From contig JAQGDQ010000278.1 in assembly GCA_030141605.1 (NCBI GenBank), positions 1 to 64,000 of the forward strand: 64,000 nt of DNA. The letters are read 5' to 3'. Both the position numbers and the translations under genes were made by a program. The notes under the pieces are model-generated. The model was not told the DNA's origin. It did not search any database and was given only the letters and a program-made list of their open reading frames with translations. The stretch is from Tubiluchus corallicola. Lineage: Eukaryota; Animalia; Priapulida. Numbering within the stretch: the stretch's first letter is position 1; each line of letters starts with the position of its first letter. Below, piece after piece: positions 53,656-64,000 of the stretch.

Positions 53656-54312
53656 ATTAATAGCAACAGCAAAATAGTCTACAGACTTGATACTAGAGCG
53701 TTGTAATTCTCTTCCAATTGAAATAGAGAACATCGCGTTTATCGAGACGGTCAAAATCACACGGAATAAATTGGGCCACTGTATAGCCTTAAATCGCTTC
53801 TAGCTTTTACATACTGCAGTATACTGATCTTTCATTTAGTCATGAGACAAGCGAGGCAGGCTCATGGGTACATGAAATTCAAATCAGTTTAAAATGAAAT
53901 GTGATTTTACAGATATTTTTTGTACCATACACATCTGCTTTTCATTAAAAAATCAATTTAATTTAAATCAATTTAAAATTAATTAATTAGACAGATCTAA
54001 TTAATTAGCTAATTAATGGTTTGCTACCACTTTTTTGTTTTGAACCAAGGTCACACTAGCCAATTATCCTGCCAAATTGCAACTAGATTAGATCATAGCA
54101 ACATGCAAATTAAATTAATTTAAAAATAATTACGCAGCTTTAATCAATTAACTAATTAAGTGTGACAAATTTTTTATCTTGAACCAAGGGTATTCTAACT
54201 AATTATCACATCTAATATCAGCTCAGTTGAGTTAAAAGTTCAAAAAAAGTGTGACGGACAGTAGCTGTGGTGATGGTGGTACTGGTAGCGGCATCCGCAG
54301 TAGCAGTGCTAT

Positions 54313-54560
<248 letters not shown>

Positions 54561-55280
54561 TAACACTAGTAGTAGTACTGGGTCATAAGGTACTAGGCGA
54601 AGTTACTCATCAGTAGATTTTAATCACTTACATGAATGCAAAGTTAAATGGTTAAAGGTCAAAGGTCAAGGTCACAATAATGATTCAGGTTGTTTATTCT
54701 TAACGGGTGGTTATATGGTCCATTTCGTGATACCCGCTCTACTGAAACCCTGCAGTACTTGTTCGCCAAGAATCAACATTGACGAGCAGTCGACGAGAGA
54801 ATCCTAATTATTTCACTTCTAATATGTATTGTAATTTGCTGTAATGTGAGCATGGGTAACTCTGCCAGCTGCTGCTTCTGTGCTGGTAGAGTTGCTCAAC
54901 TGAGGTGAATATTTAGTTGACACAAACATGTATTGTGAACGTTAGCGCACAGTGCTTGCGCACGCTTGCATACAGGGCTTCAAGTGCTAGCCCTCGCAGG
55001 GCTTTTAAGAAACAAATGTTGCTGGGAAGCCTGTTGAATTGACCAGAAATATACATGTGAGATAAGAAGTTGTGTTTCAGTTCTAAATTTACTGTGACAG
55101 TGCGACAAGACGTTTTACAAGGAGGATAATGTGTCGTGACATTTGTGTGCAAGAAGAGCTAAGAAAGCATTTCAAGTGTGCGCATGCTAGGTGATTTAAA
55201 AATTCTTTGTTACTAAAACATAGCCAAATTTCAAGTCATATTTACACCTAAACTTCAAATATGAAAGAGCTCTCCCGAGA

Positions 55281-55514
55281 CTTGCCATGCCCTTGTAGTC
55301 TCAAAATAATTATTTTTATTTATTACAGAAGCTTTCACTCTAGAGAGCTTCGTCAGTTGAAAAATTACAGATGAAATGTTAAAAACGGTGAAACACACTG
55401 GTATATACTGTTTTTAACATTTCATCTGTAATTTTCCGCTGACGAAGCCTACTGGGGTGAAAGCTTCTGTAAGAAATTAAAATAATCATTTTGAAAATAC
55501 AGGGGCTTTCAAGC
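55281..55514. mobile_element. Palindromic element with arms of about 108 bp, probably Penelope-like inverted pLTR ends with hammerhead-like cores
   Basis: 55281-55389 is the imperfect reverse complement of 55407-55514; each arm carries CTGACGA-A-stem-GAAAGCTT. Confidence 0.6.
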
Positions 55515-56047
55515 TTTTCTTAGGCTAAAACACTTCAAACCAGAATGAAACCTGAATGCAAGAATGTTTAATTTTTTCTACTTTCCTTATTCAACTTGTT
55601 AATTCCGAAATGTGATTTAAGCTAAACATTTAAGTCTAGCAACGATCACAGTTAGTTTTTTGTGATGGAAATAATACAACGCTGGACTTGATCAGTAAGT
55701 TGGTGGGCGACCACCAGAAAATCGTTATCGTCTCTGACAGAGTCTCTCTTAGCTGAACAGAACTAACTGAGGTGTATATGGCCTACTCAAATTCGCGTGA
55801 AAAGAAATTCTCCTTCAAAGTGATTAAAATACACCTGTCCATCAAATGATAATGAGAAAGATTCCGGTCATACCACAACCGTCGATATAAGAAGTAAATC
55901 TTGCCACTTAGTGCTTGTGCTGTACCGGTCTATTCATATGCAAAATAAACAATAACTACACCTGCCACCACCACCATCACAACAACATCAACAAAAACAA
56001 CAACAGCAACAACATTTCTTGTGCGATAGATGACAGATGACATCAAA

Positions 56048-56253
56048 GTCTATAATTTTTAGATTGATATATTATATATAGGTAGACATCAAAGATGAAT
56101 TGTAAAGGTCTATAATTTTTAAATTGATATATTATATATAGGTAGACATCAAAGATGAATTATAAAGGTTCTATAATTTTTAGATTGATGTATTATATAT
56201 AGATAGACATCAAAGACGAATTATAAAGGTCTATAATTGTTAGATTGATATAT
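56048..56253. repeat. Minisatellite, unit of about 60 bp, about 3.4 copies
   Basis: Repeating GTCTATAATTTTTAGATTGATATATTATATATAGGTAGACATCAAAGATGAATT-TAAAG. Confidence 0.92.
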
Positions 56254-57855
56254 TCTAACTGTAATGTTATTATCTTTCAGATGAAGGATTAGCTATAAGA
56301 TTTGGTCATGTGAATGGAAAAGAAAAATTAGAGCGCCAGTTTGCTTTCATTTTTATAGAACTGATGATTTCAATGGATTTAGTTTATACTAATGGGAGGA
56401 AATCTTATGAGGATTCTTATATTTCTTCGGGAAAGTTGTATTTGTCTGCTTACACTCCTAAATCTGCAAGTGAATAGTTGTATTTCATTAGGAGAAATTG
56501 GAAGCTTGGACTTAATGCATTACTTAAAACACTGCATTTTTTCAAGAGGCAAACGTTGGAGTGTGAAAGATGTCGTGTGAATAAATAATTTACGAGAAAA
56601 TTATCACTGCTTGAGATTCATTTAAGCGAACGCCGCCATGTAATAAAAGCAAGAGTTAATGCTTTCGCAGATCTCAACATGTGCCGTTTTTTGAAGTGCA
56701 ATGTTATTAGCCTAATTGGTGACAAAAATTTGCATTGTTGGTGGGTTAAATGATACTATAAACGTGTAAAATGGTTACTTACAGTCGAGAAATTAATGTT
56801 TGTCAGTCGAGCGGTATAGACGCATACTAGCTCATCATCGTTTTCAAATTTTGAATCAACTTCGTGGGCGGCTGTTACAAACATGTTTTGTTCAGCGCCA
56901 AGTTGTGTTGAACAGCGCACAATTTGAACATTGTGACTGAGTTTTCACTACCTTAGCTCAGGATTGGGGTTAGAATTACATGAAAGGTTTCATCTATGTG
57001 TCTCATGAATGTCAATCATCATCCAGGGTTGGGCTTCAGAATGGCTGAGGTGAGTCCAGTGTTTTTGTATCATCTATTTAAATAGTTTAATCATTCTGTA
57101 ACATATAATTGCAACAAAAACACAGGCATTTTTTTACAATTTTTGAACTTCGAAATGCTTATGTCGTTCACACGTGTTTCCTTTTAAAAAGAGTTATTGG
57201 TTTGATGCAAATGACTGTTTTTTCTTTTTACTAGCCCCTTATTATGTCCCTGATTATTTAATTTGAAAACAAATTAAAAGTTGTTTTCTAAATAGACATT
57301 TTCTAAATAAACAAACTAATAGACATTTATTTGTATATTACGTCATGATTCTATGTGCATAATGACGCTATGTATATATAAAGCTAAATAAAACCGAATT
57401 GAATTAAGTGTAATCGCTGCGGAATCGGCTAAATTTTCACTGTGCAATGCACGCAAAAAATTTCTTTACACGATTTTTTTTCAAGAAATTAGCAAAAAGT
57501 ATATAATAAACATTATTACTAACTGCTTATTTGTAACATAAATGCTTATGTAACATAAAACCAATGTTTCTCAGTACAAAGAATAAGTTCAAAGTTTTGC
57601 GTTTCAGAGAAATCGATATTCCTGGCCATTTTGGTTTTGTCTATGTAGTATAGATTTTTAAATGTTGTGGATGTGGCATCTAGCACATATAGGTCTGACT
57701 AAATAAAGACAACTAAGTAAAAGAAACACTTTTTACGCAATTAATGATTATCCTACGACAAAAAAGTTTTTGTTCTGGTGGCGCTGAGAACTAACGCATA
57801 AGCTGATTACAATGAAATTGATTGTTTATTAAGGTAATGGGTTTCATTTGCTTTT

Positions 57856-58880
57856 AAGTAAAGTAAAGTAAAGTAAAGTAAAGTAAAGTAAAGTGAAGTG
57901 AAGTGAAGTGAAGTGAAGTGAAGTGAAGTGAAGTGAATGAAGTGAAGTGAAGTGAAGTGAAGTGAAGTGAAGTGAAGTAAAGTAAAGTAAAGTAAAGTAA
58001 AGTAAAGTAAAGTAAAGTAAAGTAAAGTAAAGTAAAGTAAAGTAAAGCAAAGCAAAGCAAAGCAAAGCAAAGCAAAGCAAAGCAAAGCAAAGCAAAGCAA
58101 AGCAAAGCAAAGCAAAGCAAAGTAAAGTAAAGTAAAGCAAAGCAAAGCAAAGCAAAGCAAAGCAAAGCAAAGCAAAGTAAAGTAAAGTAAAGTAAAAGTA
58201 AAATCAAGTAAAGTAAAGTAAAGTAAAGTAAAGTAAAGTAAAGTAAAGTAAAGTAAAGTAAAGTAAAGTGAAGTGAAGTGAAGTGAAGTGAAGTGAAGTG
58301 AAGTGAAGTGAAGTGAAGTGAAGTGAAGTGAAGTGAAGTGAAAAAAAAAGAAGTGAAGTGAAGTGAAGTGAAGTGAAGTGAAGTGAAGTGAAGTGAAGTA
58401 AAGTAAAGTAAAGTGAAGTGAAGTAAAGTAAAGTAAAGTAAAGTAAAGTAAAGTAAAGTAAAGTAAAGTAAAGTAAAGTAAAGTAAAGTAAAGTAAAGTA
58501 AAGTAAAGTAAAGTAAAGTAAAGTAAAGTAAAGTAAAGTAAAGTAAAGTAAAGTAAAGTAAAGTAAAAGTAAAGTAAAGTAAAAGTAAAGTAAAGTAAAG
58601 TAAAGTAAAGTAAAGTAAAGTAAAGTAAAGTAAAGTAAAGTAAAGTAAAGTAAAGTAAAGTAAAGTAAAGTAAAGTAAAGTAAAGTAAAGTAAAGTAAAG
58701 TAAAGTAAAGTAAAGTAAAGTAAAGTAAAGTAAAGCAAAGCAAAGCAAAGTAAAGTAAAGTAAAGTAAAGTAAAGTAAAGTAAAGTAAAGTAAAGTAAAG
58801 TAAAGTAAAGTAAAGTAAAGTAAAGTAAAGTAAAGTAAAGTAAAGTAAAGTAAAGTAAAGTAAAGTAAAGTAAAGTAAAG
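57856..58880. repeat. Pentamer array of about 1 kb, (AAGTA/AAGTG/AAGCA)n
   Basis: Read directly; source of the LYFTL-repeat ORFs. Confidence 0.98.
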
Positions 58881-61800
58881 AATTGAGGTGGCAAAGATTT
58901 TGCAAACCTCTACTACTTTCGCCGACAACACTGCGAGTATATTGATGAAGATATGAAGTAATGGCGTATCCGAAGTTCATGGCTTCATGCCAAATTCAAA
59001 GATATTCCTGATAAAAATCTTTCTTTAACGCATATCTTGTTTCTTAAATGGTACCGGTCGTTATAAAATTGTATTTAGTTGACAAATACAATAATCGCAG
59101 TAGGGAAATTCTAAATCAGATTTTCCAACACATACTTATCTTCTGGTATTAATAAACCATCATGTGAAATATAATAGCTTTTGGTTTCAAAGGCATTTGT
59201 AATTTTTAAACTTTTCTATTTCCTATCAATTCAGAGATTCGGTAGGTTTGTTAAATGCACTGACGTGGAGTTTATGATCACGCTTCCTACTACAGAAAAC
59301 TGATCACAGCTACTGTAGCAATCCCTTTTATGACTATGGCGTGTGATTTTTGCAAAAATGAAATCGCCCTTGGGAAAATATATTCTCAGTCATCGCCGTA
59401 TATACAGTATTGCATAAAACAGCATTACCTGATGCGGAATTTACGGATGCATAAGCGACAGGAACGATTTCAAGACTATACAACATACACTAAGTTGCTC
59501 GTAAATATGGCCGAGCGAATGACAGACTTTATGAATGTTTTTGTTCTGTTGAATAGTCTAGGCTTCAAATAACTCTTATACTAGTAAACTGCACTTTATG
59601 AATGTTTTATTTCGTTGAACAGTCTTCGATTCAACCAACTACTTACATTTCTATAACCAAATTCAGAAAGTGTATTGTACTTGATTTATTTGCAACTGGA
59701 CTTGGAGACGTGCATTTGGACTGGACGCAGTTAAAAGGCCCTGACTAAACCATTATAAGACCTTGATTGCGTGTAACTAGTCGTAACAATTTTTGTATAA
59801 TCGTGAAACTGCAGGCGCGTTTGCAAATGTAGTCATTTAATGTAAATGTTCCGTTTATGTATCTTATAAAATTGATATTGAGCCAAAACTATTCTGTGGT
59901 GACTATTTTAGCCAAAAAAGCAAAAACTATTCATGAAGTCAGCCTTTACATTCGTTAAAACCCTTTATCAGTTGTAAGACCATATACAGCTTAGTTTTTT
60001 AAATTATAGTCTTATAATCAGAATATAAAGTTTATTATAAATGCAAAGTGCAATGAAAAAACAGAGTTAATATAAATTAAAGCGGAAGGAAAACATTGAC
60101 AATACCTTAAAAACTTTCTATGCAAAGTTATATTACTTAGAATTACGCTTACCTGTTTGAAAGGTTTTGGAAAACAAAATTCTTAATAATTTAAAAGGTT
60201 CCGAGCCAGTTGGTAAAACGTCGCTGTTTCACTATCCCAGTGTGCACCAAAAACGTCATTTACGTACCAAAAATATATTATTAATCTTATTAACAAGATG
60301 AAGTAGTTTATAGTTCTGCTTACTTCTTATTAGTAACTTGTGCGCCATAGTTTTTTCAAACTTTACGAAATGTCATTTAATTTGTTCTAAACGACATACC
60401 GTTAAAATGGTTGCGCGTAACGGTCGTCATGGGAATTTAAATTTACAAGTTTCATACAGCTCTACTGCTAACGCTGTGCGCAGAAAGCCAGGATGTAGGT
60501 GGTACAAAATCCCACAACGAATTTCTAGCATGGGTAAGAAAAAGGGTAGCAGAAAATGATATCTCTTTCCTGTACTAAAAAATCAAATGGAGAAGATCAA
60601 GGACACAGAATATGCGGCCTGTGTGTTATTTCAAAGTCGCTTTAAAGTAAAAACACCCATGTAAATCAAAATGTAGTAATCTTACCTGCAAGAAATTCAC
60701 AAATCATACCTTCTGACTGGCTCATATTTAAATACTTACCTGTTTTACCTGTGCAAAGTCTATAAATACAAGTGCAGCATTCTGTCTCTTTGAGTTCAGT
60801 GGTGGTTACTGGTGTTACCTTAAGCACTAGACAAGACAAGCCTGCACCCGCCTTTCCAGGACTTGTCACCCAACTGTTTCAGGCGTCAGAGTAAGGGTGT
60901 GGAAACCCCTGAAGAGTAAATTCTTTTTAATGTTTTATGTTTAGCTAGCTAGTTATTTGGTTCAAGTACAAAGGTTCTTTCACACTAACAAAACACTAGC
61001 AGTTTTCAATACATCTGATGGCTTCAACATTTACTTTTTAATTTAATAATTACTAAGCTAGTCAAGATTTTGGACTGGTCTTATGCCCCATTTCCCAGCT
61101 GGTAAATGTCTTCCAGTCGTTTGGGGTACTAATCGTTTCTGGATGTTGTTTCGAATCGAGGAGGCCTGTCGCCCACCGATACCTCTGGTTCAAACCATCA
61201 AGGGGCGATTACAATTACCCTGGCGGCGAGAACCCGACAGCAGAACGGTATATTGTAAGTGTAACTAAACTAAGCTAAACTAAGTTGCAAATTTCTCACA
61301 CTTTTACTGAAGCTAAATTCAACACAAGCCAGCTCGTTAAACCTTTTAGTGGCAAACTGTTGTTTGTGAAGTAAACCAGGATCAACTTGAGTCCATCAGA
61401 ATTAAAAGCTTGGCTTTGCAGTCTTTATAGCTTTCAGTTGTAAGCCTCGCTCGATTTGAAGCTAAATTGACCATCAGTAGCATGCGGAGTCCTTTCAGTC
61501 GAGTCTTGTCTTAGATGATTAGTTCTGTTGTCTGAGCTGTTTTTAACGAAGTGCCCTCAGGTTTATGGGGTAAGCGACAGCGAAATTTGCAATTATAGCT
61601 ACGCGATTTAGATGTCTCCCTTTGGGTCTGATTTTTCTCTTCGCTGACAAGAGAGTTCTCTGAAAGAAAAACACAAAAATAATGTATCGGTGGATATTTG
61701 TACATTTGTGTTTATTGTTGTTGCTGTGACGAATTTGCCACTTTATAAAACCAGAGTTATGCCAAGCACTGATGGTTACTCGCTTATCGAGTTTTTATGC

Positions 61801-62343
61801 CAACTGCCTGTTTCCTTACAACACCTTTCAGCGTTGCCCTAGAATATCTCGTTAGGAGAGGAGAATCTCTTCTCCTTTTCCCGCCTCTCCTCTGCTCTAT
61901 TCTATTTTCCTTGCCTCTTCTCTTCTCTCCTCTTCTTTTTCCCCTCTTTTCTTAGACATCTCTAGCATCCCTTTTTTAGGTACTGAAGAGGAGTAACTAA
62001 TATATGAATTTTCTCACTCGCACAAACTGACTGGCCGCTGATTGTAGCCAAAAGAGAAAATGAACTTATTTGATTCGACAGAAGCATGGATGAATCAATT
62101 TATGAATTAACGAACGAATATTTAAATGAATGAGCAAACGAATGAACGAATGAACGAACGAACGCATGAAAGAGTGAGTTTACGATTCAGTGATCAGGAT
62201 TACTTGATAATGCACTTTTCAAAAAACCAAAATGCATTTATAAAATTACAAACCATAAGGTTAAACTTACTATAAATTCCATTTGAAATAATATTACTAA
62301 AAAAGAAAGAGAAATAGAAAAAATCACACTGATTTGTGACATT

Positions 62344-62940
62344 TTATGTACCATTAAAGCCAACAGTTGAGATTCCGCGTTTCATAGCTTGTGCAACGAA
62401 CTGACAATACGCCCTGGCTTGACAGTCCTTGCAGGCTTCTTGTTTTCCTTGAAAGGTTCTTGGATAGCAGACTCGCTTCAACATCTCCACCGCGTTTTTG
62501 CTAATTTGAGTAGAAACGAATGCAAACCCTCCAGAGCCATGAATCATTTCAGCATTGCCTTGAAGCGCTTCATTTTACTGGCATTCAGAGCAGACCAAAT
62601 AGACAGCGTCTAATTACATATCGCGAGATAATGCTTCTTGAAAACTATTCAAAGTTCTTGAATTGAAATTAATAACGTTAAAGATCTAACAGATCGTGTG
62701 TTTACTCTTTGAGCTTTTTGAGTAAGAAGTGAAACCTAGAGACTTGTAGTTTCTGTGCTGCTTCGTGGAGTATATACAATAGAAAAGAAAGCATACTTAG
62801 ATGTTGTAGATGAAGCTTTGCGACGCTTACCCAAAAAAGTATGAAAGAATATAAAAAACGATACAAGTAGCAATAATTTTTGATACCACCTGCTGCTGTA
62901 GAACTGAAAATCGTGAAGATTATGATGGGAGTATTAAACA
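62344..62940 (-). pseudogene. Possible highly decayed LINE reverse transcriptase remnant
   Basis: Peptides LSMLSFLLYI (like LGPLLFLLYIND) and ARAYCQFV (like AYxxLVRP) occur in the expected order; very degenerate. Confidence 0.35.
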
Positions 62941-63621
62941 AATAACGGACATTATAAGATACAGATATTAATAACTCAAATAATTACTTTGTTCCTCTTT
63001 TTTCTTCAATTAGTTAATAATAAGTGTCCATTTTGTCCTTAACGTGCTGTAGTTGCTTTAACATCTCTTTAACCCGATGACTTTATATGTTAATTTTTAG
63101 TATACAGCATTTTCTAAATGTTTCAAAATAGATATGTTTAAACTATACTAATTTATCAAATGCACATTATGTGACTGCTTGAAAGGGACCGTGACTAATT
63201 TGAAAAAAAGTAAAGCAGTCAGGCTTAGCTAACAAGTTGATTAAAGGAAAACCCAAGACTCTCAGGAAGTTGAGCTTGCTTTAATATTTGAGAAAAATGT
63301 TAGAGCCTCGTGTAATTAGTAAAATCAATTTAAAATCGTTATCATTTCACACTTGGTAGCGCTCATTTTAAACGAAATGTGACGTAATCTGGTGTTCGTG
63401 CAGTACAGACATTCATCTGCAGCTGCAAAAAAGTTTGCTCAAGTACCTGGCGAGGTAAATGCTAGGTGGTTATACGCTCAGTGAAATAGAGGGGCACTCA
63501 AGAAAAAACAGCATTCTTTTGTAAAGCTGTTTCTGTAAAACCATGTAGGAACTTTCTAAACGCCACAGTCTAAAGACGTCTAATTCATAAAGTGAGAGAA
63601 AATAAAAATTCGTTATCGTAT

Positions 63622-64000
63622 TAATAGTAATAGTAATAGTAATAGTAATAGTAATAGTAATAGTAATAGTAATAGTAATAGTAATAGTAATAGTAATAGT
63701 AATAGTAATAGTAATAGTAATAGTAATAGTAATAGTAATAGTAATAGTAATAGTAATAGTAATAGTAATAGTAATAGTAATAGTAATAGTAATAGTAATA
63801 GTAATAGTAATAGTAATAGTAATAGTAATAGTAATAGTAATAGTAATAGTAATAGTAATAGTAATAGTAATAGTAATAGTAATAGTAATAGTAATAGTAA
63901 TAGTAATAGTAACAGTAACAGTAACAGTAACAGTAACAGTAACAGTAACAGTAACAGTAACAGTAACAGTAACAGTAACTGTAACAGTAACAGTAACAGT
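63622..64000. repeat. (AATAGT)n switching to (AACAGT)n at 63911; runs off the window end
   Basis: Read directly. Confidence 0.98.

Noticed and set aside
56048-56253. Regular repeats as a CRISPR array
   Set aside because: Contiguous tandem units without unique spacers, in eukaryotic DNA with no cas genes.
57807-58980. Long ORFs (258-374 aa) of LYFTL repeats
   Set aside because: They are stop-free readings of a pentamer microsatellite, open in all three frames.

Overview
AT-rich animal genomic DNA, most likely from an invertebrate; it is not prokaryotic, and most short ORFs in the supplied track are exon pieces or microsatellite artefacts. The left ~40 kb holds two convergent intron-rich genes, reconstructed by hand with consistent splice phases. 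The first is the 3' part of DNA ligase 1 (LIG1, + strand, 13 exons, 452-12360, 5' end outside the window). The second is a near-complete CFAP69 (- strand, 16 exons, 34784-14328, about 875 codons) with a candidate RFX X-box at 39377-39390. The right ~24 kb has no recognisable gene and consists of MITEs, decayed LINE/SINE pieces and long microsatellites. The most notable observations are: a TSD-flanked SINE with a full-length 5S rRNA head and an RTE-like body/tail in a CFAP69 intron; a U12-type GT-AG intron in CFAP69; a hAT-like MITE inserted at a LIG1 exon/intron border whose end supplies the predicted splice donor; a Penelope-like palindrome with hammerhead-like cores on both strands; and a family of short inverted-repeat elements with telomere-like cores. 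Family assignments rest on recalled sequences, not on database searches.
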